Shown here: positions 12,275 through 26,364 of the stretch, piece by piece
Position numbering within the stretch: the first letter of the stretch is position 1
How the letters are laid out: each line of letters starts with the position of its first letter
Assembly: GCA_950097015.1 (NCBI GenBank)
Contig: CATNEN010000007.1
Span: 3,658,001-3,722,000, forward strand
Source of the DNA: Macrostomum hystrix
Lineage: Eukaryota; Animalia; Platyhelminthes
DNA length: 64,000 bases
Reading direction: 5' to 3'
Made by a program: the position numbers and the translations under genes
Notes under the pieces: model-generated
Told to the model about the DNA's origin: nothing
The model's database searches: none
The model's input: only the letters and a program-made list of their open reading frames with translations

Positions 12275-14787
12275 CTATGGTCCACTCAACAGTGTAAGCT
12301 GCAGGCGCTCTCGTTGCCGCCGACTTCTATGCCGATGCCCTGACTTTGCGCACTGACAGCAGCAGCAGCGGCAGCAAAATGCAAAGCTGTTAGCTGCCAA
12401 TTGCCGCACCGCTCGACAGCAAACCAGCGTCAGAGGCAGCTTCAGAGCCATGAAACCGAAGGCGATGCACTTGGCTATCAGATCCAACCCATCCCGCCAG
12501 TCTTGGGCGCTGAGAGTCCAGTCTGGAGCTGCGCGAGCTACGTTCCTGCCCGTGAATTTGTACGCAGCTCGCGTTGCCGAATAGGTGAGAAAGTTGCCGG
12601 CTCGCAGTGCCGCCTCAGGCAGGCCGGTTACGGCGAAGAGCATCCCGCACACCAGGAATAGGAAGCGCAGCTGGCGGAAGGTGTTACAGTCAATGATGTA
12701 TTTTAACATGAGGCTGTCTGGAGAGAGCTCTCGATCCGGTCGCACAGTTAGACTAGCTGTCTTGGAAGCTGCCGCGTTCTCTGATCCCGTTGCTGAAGTC
12801 GTAGTTGTTGTCTTTGTGCCCGACGCAGTCAGAGTGGCTTGTCGACTGCGCTGCTGGCGATCCTGACGGGCCATGCAGACGATGGTGGCCAGGGAAGCAC
12901 AGACAATGCCAGTCAGGGGCAGCAGGTCGCCGACCAGGAAGTCGATCTGGGGCCACAAGGAGTCTCTCCATGCCGGAGCTATCCAGCTCGACGTTATAGT
13001 GCAGATGCTTCCTGTTGAGTTTGTGGACAAAATCAATAATTTTCATTGAGACGATTGTACGAGCAAGATAGGTAGTCTTGGTTGACGCACTACTGTGGTT
13101 CTGGTTCATGCTATACGGCAGTCTTGGTTGATGCTCTACGGTGGTTTGGTTAATGCTCTACGGTGGTTTGGTTGATGGTCTACGGTGGTTTGGTTGATGC
13201 TCTACGGTGGTTTGGTTGATGCTCTACGGTGGTTTGGTTGATGCTCTATGGTAGTCTTGGTTGATGCTCTATGGTAGTCTTGGTTGATGCTCTACGGTGG
13301 TATTGGTTGATGCTCTACGGTGGTTTTGGTTGATGCTCTACGGTAGTCTTGGTTGATGCTCTACGGTGGTCTTGGTTGATGCTCTACGGTGGTTTGGTTG
13401 ATGCTCTACGGTAGTCTTGGTTGATGCTCTACGGTAGTCTTGGTTGATGCTCTACGGTGGTTTGGTTGATGCTCTACGGTGGTTTGGTTGATGCTCTACG
13501 GTAGTCTTGGTTGATGCTCTACGGTGGTTTGGTTGATGCTCTACGGTGGTTTTGGTTGATGCTCTACGGTAGTCTTGGTTGATGCTCTACGGTAGTCTTG
13601 GTTGATGCTCTACGGTGGTTTTAGTTTCGACTCGATGGTAGTTTAGGTTGAGACTTATGTGGATTCGGTTGTGAATCTTATGGAGGATTGTGTTGTGCTG
13701 CGTTATATTTTTTCCGCAATATTGGCATTTGGCTTAATATTAGAAAGAGTTAGACAAGACTTAAAGGCTTTTCCAAATTCCTGACAACTCCGCTACTTCA
13801 CCTTGTACGGTTCCGCCCTTGAACTTGACTTCCTCCAGTGAGTAGGTCCACAGGTACTGCGAGTTCAGTACCAGAAGTACGGCGCAGAACGCGATGACGG
13901 TGTTGCGCACACGATCTGCGCTCAGCAGCTGCCAGGCAGTGACGGGACTCCAGTACAGTCGCAGGGTGTCAAAGCTGAGTGCAAGCTGCGCTGCGGCCCG
14001 GATGTGAACAGCGAACCCGTACGCGAACGGGTACACGCTGCAGGCCGTGGGGGAGCTGGAGAGCAGGTTGTTAACTATACTGACTCCCGTTGAGCAGCGG
14101 AGCCAGAGATCCACACCGCGAGACATCAGCAGCCACAGCTCTGCTGCCACGACTGTAGACAAGTACAGACAGACTCCGGTGCGTGACTGGCCAAGCTACG
14201 GTTCAGGTGAGCTGGTTGAGTCATGGTGCAGCGTGAGACTGGATGCAGGGTGAGACTGGATGCAGGGTGAGACTGAATGTAGGGTGAGACTGGATGCAGG
14301 GTGAGACTGAATGTAGGGTGAGACTGGATGCAGGGTGAGACTGAATGTAGGGTGAGACTGGATGCAGGGTGAGATGAGATGCAGGGTGAGACTGAATGCA
14401 GGGTGAGACTGGATGCAGGGTGAGACTGGATGCAGGGTGAGACTGGATGCAGGGTGAAGCAAATTATACGTCTTCAGTGTATTTTCCTGGCGAGTCAATT
14501 CTTACTTTTAGTGTAGCAGCCAGCAGGAAGCAATTGCCGAGAATACCAAGAATCAGCAATAGGCCTAGAACGGTAGCCAGTGACAAGCGAATTTCATCTG
14601 GCAGATGGATACTCGGCGTGTACTGCTCCTGCTCATGCTGCTCCTGTTGCTCGTGTTGAACTGGCGGCTGCTGCTGCTGCTTGGGCTCGCTGCCAATCAG
14701 GCAGGCGATGGCAAAGGCGAACAGCTGGTTCTCTCGCTCCTCCATGCGGGCCGAGTGGCTCGAGTGCTCATCCTCGCGAGTTGGCAT
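12275..14787 (-). CDS. Divergent rhodopsin-class (peptide-receptor-like) orphan GPCR A, 3 coding exons, ~470 aa
   Basis: join(14787..14506,14195..13802,13011..12275) with phase-compatible sites AAA|gtaaga...ccgtag|CTT and CAAG|gtgaag...caacag|GA. TM1 LGILGN, TM2 LYLSTVVAAE, TM3 end LSFDTLRLYWSP, ECL2 Cys (GSICT), TM5 LLP, TM6 GLP, TM7 followed by Cys-rich tail. Confidence 0.85.
13115..13620. repeat. 22-23-bp minisatellite (GGTTGATGCTCTACGGTRGTYT) in GPCR A intron 2
   Basis: Read directly, ~22 copies, decaying toward the acceptor. Confidence 0.97.
14229..14456. repeat. 17-bp minisatellite (GGATGCAGGGTGAGACT) in GPCR A intron 1
   Basis: Read directly, ~13 copies. Confidence 0.97.
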
Positions 14788-15349
14788 GACCGGCTCTGAG
14801 AAAATTGCATCATGAATTATTTGCTAAACTGCTGCAGCAGCCGACCCCACCTGGCGAATTCGGGTTCAGCTGGGCAAGCTTTTGGACTGAAGAATATCAG
14901 CAAAGGTAACTAACAAGAACAAGGTTTAGAAAGAAAATATTTAAAGTTCAAATCTAGCATAAAACGGGGTGAACATCTAGCTAACTTCAGTGTTTAAAGC
15001 CAAATTATGGGAAGACAATGACATTCTGGTTGATTTGTAGTAGAGAGTCCAGAATTTTTCTCCCAACAAAGTGCAGCCACTAAAGTACACACTGCCCAGA
15101 TTTCGATGCTGAGGAACATGCATGCGCCCGCGCATAGTCTAGGACTAGTAGTGTTATTTGAGATTCGCTTGAGCTCTATCGGCATCTGATCACTGAAGAT
15201 CGGGGATGATCCGGGATCCGGATGATGGCCAACTCATGGAGGGAGATTTATTCTCGTTTGCACTTCCGAGCTTAACTAAAGCGCATCTTCTCTAGGCATG
15301 CTTCGAGCCAATCTTAGAAGCAAACTGCCTAATAAGTTCCAGATGCTTT

Positions 15350-18300
15350 CCACATGATCTGAGACACATGATCTGAGACGCATGATCTGAGACACATGAT
15401 CTGAGACACATGATCTGAGACACACATGATCTGAGGCACATGATCTGAGACACATGATCTGAGACACACATGATCTGAGACACACATGATCTGAGACACA
15501 TGATCTGAGACACATGATCTGAGACACACATGATCTGAGACACATGATCTGAGACACACATGATCTGAGACACACATGATCTGAGACACATGATCTGAGA
15601 CACACATGATCTGAGACACATGATCTGAGACACATGATCTGAGACGCATCACATGATCTGAGACACATGATCTGAGACACATGATCTGAGACACACATGA
15701 TCTGAGACACACATGATCTGAGACACATGATCTGAGACACATGATCTGAGACACATGATCTGAGACACATGATCTGAGACACATGATCTGAGACACATGA
15801 TCTGAGACACACATGATCTGAGACGCATCACATGATCTGAGACACACATGATCTGAGACGCATGATCTGAGACACATGATCTGAGACACACATGATCTGA
15901 GACACACATGATCTGAGACACACATGATCTGAGACACATGATCTGATACGCATCACATGATCTGAGACACACATGATCTGAGACACATGATCTGAGACAC
16001 ATGATCTGAGACACATGATCTGAGACACACATGATCTGAGACACATGATCTGAGACACACATGATCTGAGACACATGATCTGAGACACACATGATCTGAG
16101 ACACACATGATCTGAGACACACATGATCTGAGACACACATGATCTGAGACGCATCACATGATCTGAGACACATGATCTGAGACACATGATCTGAGACACA
16201 CATGATCTGAGACACATGATCTGAGACACACATGATCTGAGACACATGATCTGAGACGCATCACATGATCTGAGACACACATGATCTGAGACACACATGA
16301 TCTGAGACACATGATCTGAGACACACATGATCTGAGACACATGATCTGAGACACACATGATCTGAGACACACATGATGTGAGACGCATCACATGATCTGA
16401 GACACACATGATCTGAGACACACATGATCTGAGACACACATGATCTGAGACGCATCACATGATCTGAGACACACATGATCTGAGACACATGATCTGAGAC
16501 ACACATGATCTGAGACGCATCACATGATCTGAGACGCATCACATGATCTGAGACGCATCACATGATCTGAGACACATGATCTGAGACGCATCACATGATC
16601 TGAGACACACATGATCTGAGACACACATGATCTGAGACACATCATCACTTAATCTAAAATCTGAGACACACATGATCTGAGACACATGATCTGAGACACA
16701 TGATCTGAGACACACATGATCTGAGACACATGATCTGAGGACACATGATCTGAGACACATGATCTGAGACACACATGATCTGAGACACATGATCTGAGAC
16801 ACACATGATCTGAGACACATGATCTGAGACACACATGATCTGAGACACACATGATCTGAGACACACATGATCTGAGACACATGATCTGAGACACACATGA
16901 TCTGAGACGCATCACATGATCTGAGACACACATGATCTGAGACACATGATCTGAGACACACATGATCTGAGACAAACATGATCTGAGACGCATCACATGA
17001 TCTGAGACACACATGATCTGAGACACATGATCTGAGACACACATGATCTGAGACACACATGATCTGAGACACATCATCACTTAATCTAAAATCTGAGACA
17101 CACATGATCTGAGACACATGATCTGAGACACATGATCTGAGACACACATGATCTGAGACACATGATCTGAGACACATGATCTGAGACACATGATCTGAGA
17201 CACACATGATCTGAGACACATGATCTGAGACACACATGATCTGAGACACATGATCTGAGACACACATGATCTGAGACACACATGATCTGAGGACACACAT
17301 GATCTGAGACACATGATCTGAGACACACATGATCTGAGACGCATCACATGATCTGAGACACACATGATCTGAGACACATGATCTGAGACACACATGATCT
17401 GAGACAACATGATCTGAGAGACAGCACATGATCTGAGACCCAACATGATCTGAGACACATGATCTGAGACACACATGATCTTGAGACACACATGATCTGA
17501 GACACATCATCACTTAATCTAAAATCTGAGACACACATGATCTGAACACATGATCTGAGACACATGATCTGAGACACACATGATCTGAGACACATGATCT
17601 GAGACACATGATCTGAGACACATGATCTGAGACACACATGATCTGAGACACATGATCTGAGACACACATGATCTGAGACACATGATCTGAGACACACATG
17701 ATCTGAGACACACATGATCTGAGACACACATGATCTGAGACACATGATCTGAGACACACATGATCTGAGACGCATCACATGATCTGAGACGCATCACATG
17801 ATCTGAGACGCATCACATGATCTGAGACGCATCACATGATCTGAGACGCATCACATGATCTGAGACGCATCACATGATCTGAGACGCATCACATGATCTG
17901 AGACACACATGATCTGAGACACACATGATCTGAGACACATGATCTGAGACACACATGATCTGAGACACACATGATCTGGGACACACATGATCTGAGACAC
18001 ACATGATCTGAGACACACATGATCTGAGACACACATGATCTGAGACGCATCACATGATCTGAGACACACATGATCTGAGACGCATCACATGATCTGAGAC
18101 ACACATGATCTGAGACACACATGATCTGAGACACACATGATCTGAGACACACATGATCTGAGACACATCATCACTTAATCTAAAATCTGAGACACACATG
18201 ATCTGAGACACACATGATCTGAGACACATGATCTGAGACACACATGATCTGAGACACATGATCTGAGACACACATGATCTGAGACACATGATCTGAGACA

Positions 18301-21300
18301 CATGATCTGAGACACACATGATGTGAGACACATGATCTGAGACACACATGATCTGAGACACACATGATCTGAGACACACATGATCTGAGACACACATGAT
18401 CTGAGACACACATGATCTGAGACGCATCACATGATCTGAGACACACATGATCTGAGACACACATGATCTGAGACACACATGATCTGAGACACACATGATC
18501 TGAGACACACATGATCTGAGACACACATGATCTGAGAACACACATGATCTGAGACGCATCACATGATCTGAGACACACATGATCTGAGACACACATGATC
18601 TGAGACACACATGATCTGAGACACACATGATCTGAGACACACATGATCTGAGACACACATGATCTGAGACACACATGATCTGAGACACACATGATCTGAG
18701 ACACACATGATCTGAGACACACATGATCTGAGACACACATGATCTGAGACACACATGATCTGAGACACACATGATCTGAGACACACATGATCTGAGACGC
18801 ATCACATGATCTGAGACACACATGATCTGAGACACACATGATCTGAGACACACATGATCTGAGACACACATGATCTGAGACGCATCACATGATCTGAGAC
18901 ACACATGATCTGAGACACACATGATCTGAGACACACATGATCTGAGACACACATGATCTGAGACAAACATGATCTGAGACGCATCACATGATCTGAGACA
19001 CACATGATCTGAGACACATGATCTGAGACACACATGATCTGAGACACAGATGATCTGAGACACACATGATCTGAGACACACATGATCTGAGACACAGATG
19101 ATCTGAGACACACATGATCTGAGACACATGATCTGAGACACACATGATCTGAGACACAGATGATCTGAGACACACATGATCTGAGACACACATGATCTGA
19201 GACGCATCACATGATCTGAGACACACATGATCTGAGACACACATGATCTGAGACACACATGATCTGAGACACACATGATCTGAGACACACATGATCTGAG
19301 ACACACATGATCTGAGACACACATGATCTGAGAGGCATCACATGATCTGAGACACACATGATCTGAGACGCATCACATGATCTGAGACACACATGATCTG
19401 AGACACACATGATCTGAGACACAAATGATCTGAGACACACATGATCTGAGACACATCATCACTTAATCTAAAATCTGAGACACACATGATCTGAGACACA
19501 TGATCTGAGACACATGATCTGAGACACACATGATCTGAGACAACATGATCTGAGACACACATGATCTGAGACCACATGATCTGAGACACACATGATCTGA
19601 GACACACATGATCTGAGACACACATGATCTGAGACACAATGATCTGAGACACACATGATCTGAGACACACATGATCTGAGACACACATGATCTGAGACAC
19701 ATGATCTGAGACACACATGATCTGAGACACACATGATCTGAGACCACATGATCTGAGACACACATGATCTGAGACACACATGATCTGAGACACACATGAT
19801 CTGAGACGCATCACATGATCTGAGACACACATGATCTGAGACACACATGATCTGAGACACACATGATCTGAGACACACATGATCTGAGACGCATCACATG
19901 ATCTGAGACGCATCACATGATCTGAGACACACATGATCTGAGACACACATGATCTGAGACACACATGATCTGAGACACACATGATCTGAGACACATCATC
20001 ACTTAATCTAAAATCTGAGACACACATGATCTGAGACACACATGATCTGAGACACATGATCTGAGACACACATGATCTGAGACACATGATCTGAGACACA
20101 CATGATCTGAGACACATGATCTGAGACACATGATCTGAGACACACATGATCTGAGACACATGATCTGAGACACACATGATCTGAGACACATGATCTGAGA
20201 CACACATGATCTGAGACACATGATCTGAGACGCATCACATGATCTGAGACACACATGATCTGAGACGCATCACATGATCTGAGACACACATGATCTGAGA
20301 CACACATGATCTGAGACACACATGATCTGAGACACACATGATCTGAGACACACATGATCTGAGACACACATGATCTGAGACGCATCACATGATCTGAGAC
20401 ACACATGATCTGAGACACACATGATCTGAGACACACATGATCTGAGACACACATGATCTGAGACACACATGATCTGAGACACACATGATCTGAGACAAAC
20501 ATGATCTGAGACGCATCACATTATCTGAGACACACATGATCTGAGACACACATGATCTGAGACACACATGATCTGAGACACACATGATCTGAGACACACA
20601 TGATCTGAGACGCATCACATGATCTGAGACACACATGATCTGAGACACACATGATCTGAGACACACATGATCTGAGACAAACATGATCTGAGACGCATCA
20701 CATGATCTGAGACACACATGATCTGAGACACATGATCTGAGACACACATGATCTGAGACACACATGATCTGAGACACACATGATCTGAGACACACATGAT
20801 CTGAGACACACATGATCTGAGACACATGATCTGAGACACACATGATCTGAGACACACATGATCTGAGACGCATCACATGATCTGAGACACACATGATCTG
20901 AGACACACATGATCTGAGACACACATGATCTGAGACACACATGATCTGAGACACACATGATCTGAGACACACATGATCTGAGACACACATGATCTGAGAC
21001 ACACATGATCTGAGACGCATCACATGATCTGAGACACACATGATCTGAGACACACATGATCTGAGACAAACATGATCTGAGACGCATCACATGATCTGAG
21101 ACACACATGATCTGAGACACATGATCTGAGACACACATGATCTGAGACACAGATGATCTGAGACACACATGATCTGAGACACACATGATCTGAGACGCAT
21201 CACATGATCTGAGACACACATGATCTGAGACACACATGATCTGAGACACACATGATCTGAGACACACATGATCTGAGACACACATGATCTGAGACACACA

Positions 21301-23406
21301 TGATCTGAGACACACATGATCTGAGACACACATAATCTGAGACGCATCACATGATCTGAGACACACATGATCTGAGACACACATGATCTGAGACAAACAT
21401 GATCTGAGACGCATCACATGATCTGAGACACACATGATCTGAGACACATGATCTGAGACACACATGATCTGAGACACAGATGATCTGAGACACACATGAT
21501 CTGAGACACACATGATCTGAGACACACATGATCTGAGACACACATGATCTGAGACACACATGATCTGAGACACACATGATCTGAGACGCATCATCACTTA
21601 ATCTAAAATCAGAGAAACACATGATCTGAGACACACATGATCTGAGACACATGATCTGAGACACACATGATCTGAGACACATGATCTGAGACACATGATC
21701 TGAGACACACATGATCTGAGACGCATCACATGATCTGAGACACACATGATCTGAGACACACATGATCTGAGACACACATGATCTGAGACAAACATGATCT
21801 GAGACGCATCACATGATCTGAGACACACATGATCTGAGACACATGATCTGAGACACACATGATCTGAGACACACATGATCTGAGACACACATGATCTGAG
21901 ACACACATGATCTGAGACACACATGATCTGAGACACATGATCTGAGACACACATGATCTGAGACACATGATCTGAGACACACATGATCTGAGACACAGAT
22001 GATCTGAGACACACATGATCTGAGACACACATGATCTGAGACACACATGATCTGAGACACACATGATCTGAGACACACATGATCTGAGACACACATGATC
22101 TGAGACGCATCATCACTTAATCTAAAATCAGAGAAACACATGATCTGAGACACACATGATCTGAGACACATGATCTGAGACACACATGATCTGAGACACA
22201 TGATCTGAGACACATGATCTGAGACACACAATATCTGAGACGCATCACATGATCTGAGACACACATGATCTGAGACACACATGATCTGAGACACACATGA
22301 TCTGAGACAAACATGATCTGAGACGCATCACATGATCTGAGACACACATGATCTGAGACACATGATCTGAGACACACATGATCTGAGACACACATGATCT
22401 GAGACACACATGATCTGAGACACACATGATCTGAGACACACATGATCTGAGACACATGATCTGAGACACACATGATCTGAGACACACATGATCTGAGACG
22501 CATCACATGATCTGAGACACACATGATCTGAGACACACATGATCTGAGACACACATGATCTGAGACACACATGATCTGAGACACACATGATCTGAGACAC
22601 ACATGATCTGAGACACACATGATCTGAGACACACATGATCTGAGACGCATCACATGATCTGAGACACACATGATCTGAGACACACATGATCTGAGACAAA
22701 CATGATCTGAGACGCATCACATGATCTGAGACACACATGATCTGAGACACATGATCTGAGACACACATGATCTGAGACACAGATGATCTGAGACACACAT
22801 GATCTGAGACACACATGATCTGAGACGCATCACATGATCTGAGACACACATGATCTGAGACACACATGATGTGAGACACACATGATCTGAGACACACATG
22901 ATCTGAGACACACATGATCTGAGACACACATGATCTGAGACACACATGATCTGAGACACACATGATCTGAGACGCATCACATGATCTGAGACACACATGA
23001 TCTGAGACACACATGATCTGAGACAAACATGATCTGAGACGCATCACATGATCTGAGACACACATGATCTGAGACACATGATCTGAGACACACATGATCT
23101 GAGACACAGATGATCTGAGACACACATGATCTGAGACACACATGATCTGAGACACACATGATCTGAGACACACATGATCTGAGACACACATGATCTGAGA
23201 CACACATGATCTGAGACGCATCATCACTTAATCTAAAATCAGAGAAACACATGATCTGAGACACACATGATCTGAGACACATGATCTGAGACACACATGA
23301 TCTGAGACACATGATCTGAGACACACATGATCTTGAGACGCATCACATGATCTGAGACGCACATGATCTGAGACGCATCATCACTTAATCTAAAATCTGA
23401 GACACA
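15350..23406. repeat. Giant 14/16/19-bp minisatellite (CATGATCTGAGACA[CA]; variant CATGATCTGAGACGCATCA), ~8 kb
   Basis: Read directly. Punctuated by 10 copies of a CATCATCACTTAATCTAAAATC spacer. All minus-strand MCLRSCVSQIM ORFs come from this array. Confidence 0.99.
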
Positions 23407-24282
23407 AGTCTAAGATTAGAAGATGAGATTATATAAAAGATAGGTCGAACATGATCTAAAATAGGTTATACGTGTAATTTAGGCGTCAGACACAAAATGA
23501 GAAGCCCCGTAACGGCCCTGCAAAACCTCGGTTACTTTAGCATAGGGAGGCTTTTAGCAAAGTGAATTCGCTAGATGACAGAGCAGGTAAGTCAGTCAGG
23601 AATGAGACTTGCTTTTGACACTCACCTTTAAGTTGATTTGCACGTTCTTTTCAAAGTAGATTTTCGCCTTGTCGGCACAATTCTCGTTTGCTAATTTATT
23701 CAGTTGAAGCTCTCAGATTTTCTCCCTCTTTCACGCTTCCTTCTCCCTCTCCGTCTCCCTAAGAGCCTATCAGCGTTGCCCCAGAAATCCTCATCGGTTC
23801 CTGGGGAAAACTGTCCTCCTCAAACGGAGACTCCATCGCTCCCCAAGTCTGGACAATCTGTCTTGCGTCTGTCCGTCTTTTGCAAATCCGTCGCCTCAGG
23901 AGAACGCGCGGGCGCCTGGCAGAGTCAGGATGGCCTCATGTCGTAATTAATGACGCACGCTCTCTTCTTCTAAGAGAAGAATGCCCTCTTCTTAAGAGAA
24001 TGCCTTCATCAGAATTTTGAGGCTGAGAAGTTCTTGAGGTTGATTAAGATAGGTCTGCAACTAAGTGGCAATTTTGAATTCTCTGGGCATTTGATAAAAA
24101 TGTCACTCTCATGGCATTGTCATGCTAAGTTATAAAACGGACATCCAAGATTATAATCCTACGAAATAAAGATATGTTGGGCCATAGACATCTTGACTTA
24201 CTTGACTTGACGGTGATGCCAGCGTCCACAGTGTGGTCCTCCTCTGGAGAATCCAGGAGGTGGAGAGTCGCTCGAAACATCC

Positions 24283-24645
24283 TTTAGTGACACTATACCT
24301 GCAGCCAGCCAGGAGGCAATTTCTGCCCAATTAGCTGACTCCTGAGCACACTCGCACACAGATAATGTACGCATGCAGGCACACACTCAAACAGGAGAGG
24401 TCCGGGTTTGTGCCGAGGTAGGTGAGCCTGTCCTGGGTAAAGACGGGGCAGTCGCAGATGAAATGCTCCGCATTCTCTACGTAGGAGAAGCAGAAATGGC
24501 ACTGCTCACTGCGGATTCTGCCTTGCAGGTAGCGATGCCTAGCAAAGCAGCCAGGGCCAGAGAGGGCCATTGTGACTGCCCTGATGTCCCTATAGCCGAG
24601 TCCAAGCAGGGCTCGACAGAGGGCAGTGGTGGGACAAGGAACTTT
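24283..24645 (-). mobile_element. 5'-truncated non-LTR retrotransposon 3' fragment (C-terminal CCHC zinc knuckle) ending in the SINE-family tail
   Basis: Frame reads ALCRALLGLGYRDIRAVTMALSGPGCFARHRYLQGRIRSEQCHFCFSYVENAEHFICDCPVFTQDRLTYLG, matching the LINE ORF2 terminal pattern LTGH..L..H...G....C..C....E..EH....CP. Confidence 0.8.
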
Positions 24646-25074
24646 CCTTATCTCATCGAAATCGAAGAAACAAAATTCGAACCACCTAAAGTGAAATGAA
24701 AGGCTTTTGAGTTTTATTTGGCTCGGCTAAAAGGGATTTAGATACGAGCGTAGATGCCGAATGCACAATGCCGTCTCTAATTCGCCTCCACTCGGTCTCA
24801 CATCACCAGCGCGAGACAGTCAAAGCTGCATCAAAATCTGCATCCAGAATCTTTCCGAAGCGTTTTTCATCGCGATAAGCTAGCCCCTTTTTCGGCTGCA
24901 GAAAAGGTGGGTTCTCCTTTATCTCAACATCGACTATCGGTCTGTCTCATCGCTTCTGCCAGTGTCTTGGGATTATCCTATTTGGGATTTAAATGATGGC
25001 AGCGGAATGCTCAATTTGAAAGCAGAAAAATGAGCACGATTATTTATAGCTCGTAGAATCGCTTTCTTAGGATT

Positions 25075-25855
25075 GGATAAGCAGACTGTATTCTGTATTG
25101 GATAAGCAGACTGTAGTCTGTGTTGGATAAGCAGACTGTAGTCTGTGTTGGATAAGCAGACTGTAGTCTGTGTTGGATAAGCAGACTGCATTCTGTGTTG
25201 GATAAGCAGACTGTAGTCTGTGTTGGATAAGCAGACTGTAGTTTGTGTTGGATAAGCAGACTGTAGTCTGTGTTGGATAAGCAGACTGTAGTCTGTGTTG
25301 GATAAGCAGACTGTAGTCTGTGTTGGATAAGCAGACTGTATTCTGTATTGGATAAGCAGACTGTATTCTGTATTGGATAAGCAGACTGTATTCTGTGTTG
25401 GATAAGCAGACTGTATTCTGTGCTGGATAAGCAGACTGTAGTCTGTGTTGGATAAGCAGACTGTATTCTGTATTGGATAAGCAGACTGTATTCTGTGTTG
25501 GATAAGCAGACTGTATTCTGTGCTGGATAAGCAGACTGTATTCTGTATTGGATAAGCAGACTATAGTCTGTGTTGGATAAGCAGACTATAGTCTGTGTTG
25601 GATAAGCAGACTGTAGTCTGTGTTGGATAAGCAGACTATAGTCTGTGTTGGATAAGCAGACTGTAGTCTGTGTTGGATAAGCAGACTGTAGTTTGTGTTG
25701 GATAAGCAGACTGTAGTCTGTGTTGGATAAGCAGACTGTAGTTTGTGTTGGATAAGCAGACTGTAGTCTGTGTTGGATAAGCAGACTGTAGTCTGTGTTG
25801 GATAAGCAGACTGTAGTTTGTATTGGATAAGCAGACTGTATTCTGTATTGGATTA
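25075..25855. repeat. 25-bp minisatellite (TTGGATAAGCAGACTGTAGTCTGTG), ~31 copies
   Basis: Read directly. Followed by a short degenerate CTGACAGTGTACTT repeat to ~25990. Confidence 0.98.
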
Positions 25856-26364
25856 GCTGACTGACAGTACGCTTCCGACTGTACTTTCTGACCGTGTACT
25901 TCTGACAGCGTACTTTCTGACGGTGCGCTTCTGACAGTGTACTTCTGACAATCTTCTTCCTGACTGTACTTTCTGGCAGTGCGCTTCTAACACTGATTTG
26001 ATTGACTTTGTTAAACTTATTCGAACTGTTTAAAGTTCTCAGAGATGTCAGAAATGCTGTACTGTAAGTAATAATAGTCGGGTTAAAATTTTAGGATTCC
26101 AAAAGAAAATAACTCTTGAATAGTCACAAGTTCTCAGTTTTACACGCAACATTGATGGTAGAAATCCAAAACTAACTGAAAACCGTCTCGTATTTTTTTA
26201 ATTTCTCATTTGCTAGAATTTCCTTAATTCAAATATCATATTTTATATAATATAGAAACAAGATTTGACTTCAAACATGTACAAGATGCAGTCCAAGGAC
26301 GGCTTTGCTTGTAATGCGCAGCATGAAGAAGTCACAAATCAACAAGTCTGCGAGACTTCATGAT

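Noticed and set aside
15276-23324. Dozens of minus-strand ORFs up to 435 aa (MCLRSCVSQIM...)
   Set aside because: They are translations of the 14/16/19-bp minisatellite in all frames, with no unique coding context.
15350-23406. Possible CRISPR-like repeat/spacer organisation (also considered for the 33-37 kb, 44 kb and 57 kb arrays)
   Set aside because: Units are contiguous, the interspersed spacers are identical rather than unique, there are no cas genes, and the context is spliced eukaryotic DNA.
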